DNA of 64,000 nucleotides from a virus: IMG/VR virus record IMGVR_UViG_3300042876_000418, positions 25,962 to 89,961 of that record; one strand, 5' to 3'. Shown piece by piece: positions 56,211 to 64,000 of this stretch (position 1 is its first letter; each line of letters starts with the position of its first letter). The notes under the pieces were generated by a model. It saw only the letters and a program-made list of their open reading frames with translations, ran no database searches and was not told where the DNA came from. The position numbers and the translations under genes were made by a program.

Positions 56211-58887
56211 TGTGTACCGTCGCTATCGCTTTGGATTTGATCGCCAGTTTACGCGCCGCTGCAAGTTGAGAGCGGAGCAGGGTGTCAATGTCGTCAGTCG
56301 GCCTCCCTTTCGCCTCTTTCGCCGTAGAGCGTGGTTTGACGGTCACCTTGTCAATTACATCTTGAATGTCTAATTTTTGCGTAGCGGGCACCGTAGAGGC
56401 TGGAGGGGCCATTGTAGCCGGGGTGGTAGTCTGCGATTGCCGCTGTAATTCGGTATCCACTTCATCGTCCGGGTCTTCGGTATCACTCAAGTTTTCCTCA
56501 GCCGTGTGGGCGGTGGTCTGGAATTCCTTTGGCAACTCATCCGCGTCGATCATGATCTGCATTTCCTGTTGAGCTGTGGTAATGCCCTTGTCAATTCTGA
56601 CGCCGGCTACATCGGCCCGCTGTTTGCTAATCTTGATCTGCTGGTCAATATCGCGGTAGTCCTTCTCTGTCCACTCGAATTCCACACCATCAGGTAACAC
56701 GTAATGATTGAGGGCATGGGTGAACGCCTGCCGAAACGCAACGAGTCCCTTACCCTGGGCTTTGTCAGCCAGGACCGTTGACTGAGTGCCGCCGCTCAGG
56801 CCCTGCCCGGATAGGGGCTGTAGCTCCTGGATATCCAACCCAATCGCGTTGGCATAAGTGAGCACCGCGATATCGAATTCTTCTTTCCGGTTGAACCGAT
56901 CCGGGATTTCAGCCAGGGGGATTGAAACCAATGAGGGCTGTTGGTCCTGGGGCACGCCCACGATAACCGCGCCCATGTAGGCCGTGATACCGCGCGATAC
57001 CTGGTCGCTCTTGACGGCTTCAACCGCGCCCGAGATTTGCTTATCCAGCACGCCGTTGACAATGTGAATAGCCAGGGGATGAAGGCCGCCCACCTTTTCG
57101 CGTAAGTACCATTCGATTGTAGCCAGTTTGTAGATAGCGAAGTATGCTCTTGAAGCGGCTGAAAGTCCCACCCCGTAATACGTCTCGCCGGGGTCCGGCA
57201 TATCTGCAAACATGATGATCTGATAGTCCTTCATCTCGTGCAATCGCCCGTCCCGACTCCGGTAGATAACCGGAATGTCAGGATTGCCCGTGCGTTGACA
57301 ACGGATGGAGTCTAAGTGACGCAAGCCGATGATCTTGGATCCAATAGATTTGGTTTCGCGTATGATCTCAATAAACGCTCCATTGTCGGTACAGTTATGC
57401 ACAACCATATTGGCGGCTATGAAATTTTCAGTTTCCTCAACCCCAATATTGAAAGTTGTTTTTTGATAAGAAATGCCAGTCGTTGGATTTTTTTGACAAC
57501 TATAAACAACTTTATCATAAGCTGCACTTGCGGGATTTACAAACTTCGTAGATTCGTCATAGGCGGGCGCGTCTTTGGGAAGTTTATAACGCATAGGGTC
57601 GGGGATATAAGATCCCATGTATTGAACTAACCGCCGCGTTCCTTCGGCTGTAACATAAATGACAGGATATTTTTTACCATTCTTCATCCCCATCATAGTC
57701 AAATGGCAAGGAAATCCTTTTTCTGATAGGAAATTTGCAAGCCATTCCACGTCATCAACAGTAAACCCATTTGTATAAAGGTTCATCGTTGGGGTGGTAA
57801 AATTTCCAGCGCGCGTTTTATGTGTAAGGAAAGACCCATCATCACAGAACCACGCCGCCATCATTCTTGGAGAGAAGTATTTCTGAATATATTCGCGCGG
57901 TACAATCTTTTTCCCTTCTGGGTACCATGCTTGATACCACGGGATCAAAGCAGTGCTGCCGCGACTATTCACTGTAACGGATACGGAATGCCCTTTTCCG
58001 TATCCTCGAGTGTTTGGGTTTACCTTATAGCCCGTCCATTGAAACCCAGACAGGATTTCTTGCTTGTACTGCAACCATACTTCTTGGGCAAGGCAATGTC
58101 CAAAACGAAGAACGGCGCGTTTTTTTATCATACTCATGCTTGCGTCCCCAAGCATGGTGCCTGTCATGAGTTGAGCTTGTTCTTCTGACGGATCAAAATC
58201 TCCAGTTGCAACCATCATTCCAGGAGTGATGTCTTTTGCTTCCACCCATCCATCCGTTGTTAGGAACGGGTGATTATCGGTTGCAAATATACCGCCCGGA
58301 TTAGTGCGCCCATGATTTGAATTTTCAAGAGATATCCACCACCATTTTCGATCCCCAAGTGGATTTTTAAACCAATTATTGATTGGTCTTTCGACTATCC
58401 TGCCATTGGAATCAACGCTCAAAACCGGGCCTGGGTCTCTTTCCTGGACGATATCTCGAATCGATTTTGTTTGCCCGATTCTATCTCCGCCCATCTTGAT
58501 TCTTGCTTCGCCAGAAAGACACAGGAAATCCCTAAGTGTCTTGCTGATGAACCCTACCCACCCCACCCGCGATCCATCCGCGCCGATTAGAAGCTGTTGG
58601 GCTTCCTTCGCTTTGCGGGGGTGCTTCGTTTTGATATTGAACGCCTGGCTTGCCACCTTTGTGATTGCAATCCCAATAGCGCCGGCCCACATGGCCTCGT
58701 GATGAACAGTAGCACGAAGCACAGCATCCCGGCTGTAACTCCAATACGGCGGGGGTACCGGGGGCAGTGCGATTCTATCGTAGCCGGCATAATACGGCAC
58801 GATGAAGTTGATCACCGCGCCGTTGGATACACCGGGGATCTCTTTTGCGGTTACGCTTTTCTGTAGGAAATCGTCTTCTTCAGCCAT
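56200..58887 (-). CDS. portal protein with LAGLIDADG intein
   Basis: Spliced RDFLCTDNGAFIEI..LRHLDS..YYGVG.SA; position before the MuF-like gene. Confidence 0.82.
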   Translation of the reverse strand: MAEEDDFLQKSVTAKEIPGVSNGAVINFIVPYYAGYDRIALPPVPPPYWSYSRDAVLRATVHHEAMWAGAIGIAITKVASQAFNIKTKHPRKAKEAQQLLIGADGSRVGWVGFISKTLRDFLCLSGEARIKMGGDRIGQTKSIRDIVQERDPGPVLSVDSNGRIVERPINNWFKNPLGDRKWWWISLENSNHGRTNPGGIFATDNHPFLTTDGWVEAKDITPGMMVATGDFDPSEEQAQLMTGTMLGDASMSMIKKRAVLRFGHCLAQEVWLQYKQEILSGFQWTGYKVNPNTRGYGKGHSVSVTVNSRGSTALIPWYQAWYPEGKKIVPREYIQKYFSPRMMAAWFCDDGSFLTHKTRAGNFTTPTMNLYTNGFTVDDVEWLANFLSEKGFPCHLTMMGMKNGKKYPVIYVTAEGTRRLVQYMGSYIPDPMRYKLPKDAPAYDESTKFVNPASAAYDKVVYSCQKNPTTGISYQKTTFNIGVEETENFIAANMVVHNCTDNGAFIEIIRETKSIGSKIIGLRHLDSIRCQRTGNPDIPVIYRSRDGRLHEMKDYQIIMFADMPDPGETYYGVGLSAASRAYFAIYKLATIEWYLREKVGGLHPLAIHIVNGVLDKQISGAVEAVKSDQVSRGITAYMGAVIVGVPQDQQPSLVSIPLAEIPDRFNRKEEFDIAVLTYANAIGLDIQELQPLSGQGLSGGTQSTVLADKAQGKGLVAFRQAFTHALNHYVLPDGVEFEWTEKDYRDIDQQIKISKQRADVAGVRIDKGITTAQQEMQIMIDADELPKEFQTTAHTAEENLSDTEDPDDEVDTELQRQSQTTTPATMAPPASTVPATQKLDIQDVIDKVTVKPRSTAKEAKGRPTDDIDTLLRSQLAAARKLAIKSKAIATVHNDQ
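57394..58521 (-). mobile_element. intein (376 aa) with LAGLIDADG endonuclease
   Basis: CLSGEA; ATDNHPF; GTMLGDAS and AAWFCDDGS; NFIAANMVVHN/C. Confidence 0.93.
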
Positions 58888-58933
58888 GTTACCTCACAAA
58901 TTCATAATAACCCATCAGGGCGTAACTTTCAAT

Positions 58934-60709
58934 CTACACCGCCGCTTTCAGGCCGGCAATGAGTTTAGCTACCTGCGATTCAAGCGCCGCCAGTCGGGCG
59001 ATTACTGCGGCTAAATCCGGATCGGTGACGGGCGGCTCAATCGGGGGTTCAATGGGCGGGGTGATAGTAGCGCCCAAGAAGTTGCCCATTGCTGCCTGCG
59101 TGTCATTCCACAAGTTGAGGGATACCGTAACCGAGCCGCCATTCGCATCTGTCAATTGTCCCTTCACTTTGAGGGATTGGTCACTGTACTCGTGCGCCAG
59201 AATGCGCTCAAAGTATAGATCGGGGTAGGATGTGAACTTGAAACTATCGGCGGGCCGAAACTCCCACAGTTCTGACAGCGTTGGAAATTCACGGGTGTTG
59301 GTTTGCGTCCACTCTCCAAGATGCAACCACAGCCATTCTTTCGCGTTGTTGAGCATCATGGTGAAGTCATTCTGGTACAACCATAGCCACCACGGGCCGG
59401 TATACAGGATGATGGGGACATTCGGGATGTAGCCACGTAGCATCAGCCAGCGTAGCGGGTTGGCTGTGTGATTGAAGCTCAGGGTTTGCCAGAAGTCATT
59501 GACTGGCTGGTCTTTGAATCCGATTGTTTTAGTCGATCCAATCTCAATCGCCTTGACATCCAACCACTTGAGAGTTTTGGCAAAGAGGCCATCCATACTG
59601 AAATTACCGTCACACCAGGACGATAACAAACCAGGAAGGGCAAGGTTCTGGCGGACGGAATCCTGCTTTTGCGCTTCATCGAAATTGCCAGGGCACGATT
59701 GAAACTCAATCGGTTCCTTACCGAATTGCTCAATACCCCATCTTCCCCCATGAATATTGAAACGCCCAATCACAGGGATACCAGCGGTTGCCAGTTGCTT
59801 GAAGCGGCCTTTGAAGGTTGGATCACTGTAAACCGGCATGTGCTTGTGTCCGGCGTCCCATTCATCATAACCGCCCATGCGAAGAATAACGGCATTCGCG
59901 CCCAATTCGGTGGGGGCGACTTTTAGCGCCTGGTCACTACGCCAGGTAAACAGAGTCGCGCGATCCGCCTGCTTGACGGTTGTCTTGTAAAGTAAAGTTG
60001 CCATAGGAGTTGTTACCTTCTTTCCAAAGAATTCAATCATTTGATCCTGGGTACCATTGTAACTGTCCAGGTCCACAGGCCCGGCGATTCCGTCTTGCCG
60101 CCCGGTACCGCCCTCGTACTGCCAAACCTTCCATGTAGTCCAGTCTTTCGGCATACGGATGTCGCTGGAATAGTTTGTCCAGGACGCCACCCATAACCAG
60201 TAATGGGACCAATTGGGTAAGGTGTAGTCGATACCCTTGTAGTTTACTTTGGCCCCGGATCGTCTCACCCATTCATCCCAGTAGTTTTGTCTGGTATATA
60301 TTCCGGGCGTGATTCCCGTCGCCTTCTCAACCGCGGATAGCCACTGCATCAACCAAACGGAATGAATCTCGGGTGAGGGGGGCAAGATGTTGATCTTTGT
60401 TCCATTTGCGTCGGTATACGCGATGTTCTCAACGTCAAGCGAGATTACTTTAGGCTTGACTGCCAGGCCGTTGTAGATTCTTAGGAATTCAGTGATTTGA
60501 ACTTCCGGGCCTAAGTTGGGCTGGAAGAAAAAATAAATTCCCACGGGCACGCCTGCTGCCAGCGCATTTGCGTAGTGCTCCTGAAAGCGCCCGTCCTCGA
60601 AATTAGACTGTCCACAGCGGACGATGATTCCGACTCCTAACTCCGCCAGTCGGGGCCAATCTATCACAGGTTGATATTCTGAAATGTCACAAATTTTAGG
60701 ATAGGTCAT
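58934..60709 (-). CDS. GH25 muramidase endolysin with a second domain
   Basis: CDISEYQ, GIYFF, LDVE, WQYE, VDLD. Confidence 0.85.
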   Translation of the reverse strand: MTYPKICDISEYQPVIDWPRLAELGVGIIVRCGQSNFEDGRFQEHYANALAAGVPVGIYFFFQPNLGPEVQITEFLRIYNGLAVKPKVISLDVENIAYTDANGTKINILPPSPEIHSVWLMQWLSAVEKATGITPGIYTRQNYWDEWVRRSGAKVNYKGIDYTLPNWSHYWLWVASWTNYSSDIRMPKDWTTWKVWQYEGGTGRQDGIAGPVDLDSYNGTQDQMIEFFGKKVTTPMATLLYKTTVKQADRATLFTWRSDQALKVAPTELGANAVILRMGGYDEWDAGHKHMPVYSDPTFKGRFKQLATAGIPVIGRFNIHGGRWGIEQFGKEPIEFQSCPGNFDEAQKQDSVRQNLALPGLLSSWCDGNFSMDGLFAKTLKWLDVKAIEIGSTKTIGFKDQPVNDFWQTLSFNHTANPLRWLMLRGYIPNVPIILYTGPWWLWLYQNDFTMMLNNAKEWLWLHLGEWTQTNTREFPTLSELWEFRPADSFKFTSYPDLYFERILAHEYSDQSLKVKGQLTDANGGSVTVSLNLWNDTQAAMGNFLGATITPPIEPPIEPPVTDPDLAAVIARLAALESQVAKLIAGLKAAV

Positions 60710-60720
60710 ATTTTTCCTGT

Positions 60721-62409
60721 TTATTTTGCCGAAAGTTGTCTTGATCCTGGCGTGTCTTTCTGGTAATGGACGCCGTAAGTCAACACGACCACGTCACCAG
60801 CATTGCCGCCAGTCCTTGATATTGTACAGGCAAGTTGCGCGCCTAATTCGGCTGCACCCGCGAATCCAGTCGAATCGTAGATATCGAGCTTGTACCCACC
60901 TACGGCGCTGGCAAGTTGAACGCTTGTCGCGGATAATGGAACGCTGCCGCTCGTTATTCCGGTAGACTGACGTAACTCCCAATAAAAGGTAAATGTCACC
61001 CCGGTCGTGCCCGCGGATTCGCCAGCCTTCAGAAAAAAGTGGGTGTGTGGGTACACCGTAACCGAAAGTTTTGCATGGTGCGGTATTTCTTGTACGCCGC
61101 CGCAAAACTGATTATTGGCGCTCGTAAACTCACGATGCACACAGCTATTGATAATGACGAAATCAGGCTGAGACGCCGCAGGCCCACCCGAACGAGCAAC
61201 ATCAAAATTCAAATCTTCGTAGACTGGCGTATCGTATACAAGAGTTTTGGCCGCGCCGGTTGCAACGTGCAAATCACTTGCCGCAATAAGGTTAGTTTTG
61301 ATCTCCCCCTTCGTGCCGTCATATCCAATCGACATATCCTGGCCGGCTCCGAATTGAACCGTTTTATTGTCAGCGTCGATGATGATATTCTCGTTTGTGG
61401 TCAGATCGCCTGTCAATGGGTCGTTGGTAGCGTCAAGGCGTAAATATACGCTATCCAATACGGTTGACAGCGGCCCCTCTACCCACGCCCCGTTATCCGC
61501 GTAGATCCCGTTCCCATCTGTAGTTGGTCGGGGTGTGTGCCTGACAAGCGCCGCGTCCCGGATGTCCTCAGCGTGCTCAGTATCGTGCGCCGCAGTGGTC
61601 AAGAATCCGGCACTCATACCTATGAACGCCCAATAATCCGAGTTCTTTTGCACATCGCGCTGGTCCCAGGTCGTGCCGTCGTAAATTTCAAGATCGACAT
61701 AGGCGTCCTGAGTAATAACCCCGGTCACGTTTGAATTTATAAGTTGTACGAGCAGGGTACCCGCAGTCTTGACACTCTCAACCGCGTATCCCTCGGCTTG
61801 GATTACGGACTGATCAATAATAACCGTTACCGTATCCGCACCATCTGGCACATAGATACTCGTGCCACCAGTAGCAAATGCACAATGTTTTCCTGTGAAG
61901 GTTGATCCATTGCCAACAGTAACCGGGCCAACTACATAGCAGTTTTCTATCGTAAATCTGCACCCATCCCATACATTGAACCGCCCTACCAGCGTGCAGT
62001 GGTAAATAAGATAGTTAGTATCGGATTGCGCGCCCGGTAGAGATCCGGAAATACGGACGTTTTTATCAACTTCAATTTCCGTACCCACAATCACAACGGG
62101 CGGGATTGTGATTACCGCGTCAAGCGCAGGATCAAAGGCCCCGATTGCAGAGGTCAATCCGGCCCAGGTGGGCGCGTATTGGGATGGTGTTGAGGCGTTA
62201 CGGTGATAGATAAGAATAGATTGAACCGTGCCCCCACCACCGGGTGACCATATCCACGTAGAGGCAAGATCATCGTAATACCCGTACTCGCCCGTGTCCG
62301 TAGCGAAGGCCAGCATAGTTGACATAGGACTGACAATCGCCTCAATATTAGCTTTGAGGTCCTTGTATACGGGGGATGGAATGCCGAGCGGGTCGTTACG
62401 TCCTGTCAT
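60721..62409 (-). CDS. putative fibre/spike or other virion protein
   Basis: Beta-helix-like middle; YLRLDATNDPLTGDL linker. Confidence 0.6.
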   Translation of the reverse strand: MTGRNDPLGIPSPVYKDLKANIEAIVSPMSTMLAFATDTGEYGYYDDLASTWIWSPGGGGTVQSILIYHRNASTPSQYAPTWAGLTSAIGAFDPALDAVITIPPVVIVGTEIEVDKNVRISGSLPGAQSDTNYLIYHCTLVGRFNVWDGCRFTIENCYVVGPVTVGNGSTFTGKHCAFATGGTSIYVPDGADTVTVIIDQSVIQAEGYAVESVKTAGTLLVQLINSNVTGVITQDAYVDLEIYDGTTWDQRDVQKNSDYWAFIGMSAGFLTTAAHDTEHAEDIRDAALVRHTPRPTTDGNGIYADNGAWVEGPLSTVLDSVYLRLDATNDPLTGDLTTNENIIIDADNKTVQFGAGQDMSIGYDGTKGEIKTNLIAASDLHVATGAAKTLVYDTPVYEDLNFDVARSGGPAASQPDFVIINSCVHREFTSANNQFCGGVQEIPHHAKLSVTVYPHTHFFLKAGESAGTTGVTFTFYWELRQSTGITSGSVPLSATSVQLASAVGGYKLDIYDSTGFAGAAELGAQLACTISRTGGNAGDVVVLTYGVHYQKDTPGSRQLSAK

Positions 62410-62495
62410 GAGTTCTCCATAAAAAATTGGCTACCATACGCGGTAGCCAATCTCCGCCCATCCATCGAATTTGGACCGGCGTTTACATTATAGCA
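62410..62495 (-). promoter_or_regulatory. late promoter plus conserved leader/attenuator (copy D)
   Basis: TGCTATAAT..GCCGG-TCCA/TGGA-GGCGGA-GA-TTGGCTACC/GGTAGCCAA-TTTTTT. Confidence 0.75.
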
Positions 62496-62502
62496 CATCG
62501 GG

Positions 62503-63495
62503 TTATAGGCTGATTTTGAACATCTCTTCCAACTCTAATTCGGACGTGTCGGGCAGGTAACTCTGGGTTGTCCCAACCGAATCGTGGTGAGCAATCAGGC
62601 GTAGCTTTTCGATTGGGAAGCCGGTCCGGCCCAACTCTCGGCAAACATAATGGGATCCATCTCCGTAATTGGTTAGCGCGGAATGGCGCATTGAATGGGG
62701 CGTGAAATCTTCGCCGGGGCCGCCTAACTCTGTAATCAATGGACGCATTTCTGTGAACCACTGGTACAAGTTATCTGTATTGGCCGCGCGCTTATTAGCC
62801 CCTGTCCCAATCACCCACAGCGATTCGATATCATCCGCCCCGCGCACCCGTAACCACGACTCCACCGCTTTCTGGGTGCCTGAGAAATATAGCAAGGTAA
62901 AACTCTTTTTACCCTTCCCTTTCACTTTGTTGGTGCTGTTCTTTGGCGCAGAAAGGAAAGACCCCTTTTCAACGAGCGCCAATTCACCCCGACGGCCCGC
63001 CGAATCGTAGGCCAGCATAAGTAATGCGGATTTCTGGTATTCCGCACGTTCGGTGAGCCTATCGCGCAATCTCAAGATTAGATCATCGCTCAGGAATACA
63101 ATCTCCCGGACGGGTTCGGCACTCAGACCTTTCACTTTGCGAACCGCGTTGTTCTGATAGTCCAGATCATCATCCGATTCCGCGTAATCCATCATGGATC
63201 GGATCGAAGTCATTAGCCGATTATGCCGCGCATTGGATACCCCACAATCATCAATTAGGTGCAGGGAGTATCGCCTAAAATCCTTCTTACCTAACTCTAG
63301 TACGCTTCGATTCCCCCATTCTCTGCATACATAGCACAGGAACCCCCGGATATCAGCGCGGTACTGATGTATCGTCTTTGGGCTTCTCTTTTGTTGTCTG
63401 AGTTCTAACAGGAAGTCGTCAAGCAGAGACTTGCTTGCCGGGTTGACTTTTACCCACGTCTCTTCATCGAATACGGAATTGTAGATTCTTTTCAT
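62503..63495 (-). CDS. tyrosine recombinase/integrase
   Basis: SAM-like N-terminus; R(SAGRR), K(KGKG), HSMRH, H..TTQSY. Confidence 0.9.
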   Translation of the reverse strand: MKRIYNSVFDEETWVKVNPASKSLLDDFLLELRQQKRSPKTIHQYRADIRGFLCYVCREWGNRSVLELGKKDFRRYSLHLIDDCGVSNARHNRLMTSIRSMMDYAESDDDLDYQNNAVRKVKGLSAEPVREIVFLSDDLILRLRDRLTERAEYQKSALLMLAYDSAGRRGELALVEKGSFLSAPKNSTNKVKGKGKKSFTLLYFSGTQKAVESWLRVRGADDIESLWVIGTGANKRAANTDNLYQWFTEMRPLITELGGPGEDFTPHSMRHSALTNYGDGSHYVCRELGRTGFPIEKLRLIAHHDSVGTTQSYLPDTSELELEEMFKISL

Positions 63496-63555
63496 TTTTC
63501 CCTCCAGAAAAATTGAAATATTGAAATTTTGTTCTATACTGTATTATATCATACT

Positions 63556-63587
63556 AAATAAAAACACCCGGTTTTATCCAGGTGTTT
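63556..63587 (-). terminator. intrinsic terminator
   Basis: AAACACCTGG-ATAAAA-CCGGGTGTTT-TTATTT. Confidence 0.7.
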
Positions 63588-63607
63588 GTGGTCAGCAAGC
63601 TAGCAAT

Positions 63608-64000
63608 TTATTGGCCAACCGTCAAGGCCTCGCTTGCGGATAGTTCAACATCCCAAAACGCAGCGTGCTGCATTCCACCAATTTGACGATCTACACCAGC
63701 TTTCGCCGCAAGTTGCACCTGAAAAACTGGATATGTCCATGCCGCGACGGTCGGATCAATAGACATGGCGTTATCTAATAATCCGTTTAGATAGCTAGTC
63801 AGCCTGTTTTCCGCTATGTTCCATGCATATATCAAACTAAACCAGTTGTTGCCTACCTTTGCGGCAAGGTTTGGATTTGCTCCATATCCAGGCCATCGCT
63901 GTGTGCTGGTCCATACCGGGTTATTTAAAAACGATTCTCCGCCGCATTTATACGAAAAAGATTGGTCTTCCGTGCTCCCGTCCCCATCAACTGCGCCGAT
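63608..64000 (-). CDS. partial LamG-like protein (start outside window)
   Basis: Frame open to the window edge; W..L..YLNG..G.MQHAAFWD..LS. Confidence 0.55.
   Translation of the reverse strand: MGAVDGDGSTEDQSFSYKCGGESFLNNPVWTSTQRWPGYGANPNLAAKVGNNWFSLIYAWNIAENRLTSYLNGLLDNAMSIDPTVAAWTYPVFQVQLAAKAGVDRQIGGMQHAAFWDVELSASEALTVGQ

Noticed and set aside
1-64000. tRNA genes, terminase, replication genes, attP
   Set aside because: No convincing cloverleaf, terminase Walker motifs or att core seen; probably outside the window

Overview
A 64-kb slice of a tailed (siphovirus-like), probably temperate phage. The host is tentatively Chloroflexota/Anaerolineae, an inference from one gene family. The minus strand carries the virion module: tyrosine recombinase, fibre-like protein, GH25 lysin, intein-containing portal, MuF-like head protein, ferritin, protease/scaffold, major capsid, glycosyltransferase cluster, head-tail adaptor, tail tube, chaperones, tape measure, tail tip and holin-like genes. 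Plus-strand islands of small early genes break this module into blocks (ParA/RHH partition pair, DUF4942, DNA methyltransferase, PAPS-reductase-like protein, solo TnpB). No terminase, replicase, tRNA or CRISPR array is visible. Highlights: (1) an intein whose central ~300 codons are the exact antisense of a DUF559/Vsr-type endonuclease gene with its own promoter, so both strands code; (2) a repeated promoter-plus-leader attenuator (GCCGG-hairpin-GCGGA-TTGGC-terminator) in front of four late operons, next to a Com-like Zn-finger candidate antiterminator; (3) tandem head-associated HEXXH metallopeptidase proteins sharing a GGxGSGNFGH motif, followed by a candidate immunity gene; (4) two tandem sRNAs starting with anti-Shine-Dalgarno sequences, plus several structured 5' leaders; (5) a TnpB whose predicted guide covers the ParB GERR motif. 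All protein calls come from motif recognition by eye; no database searches were run.
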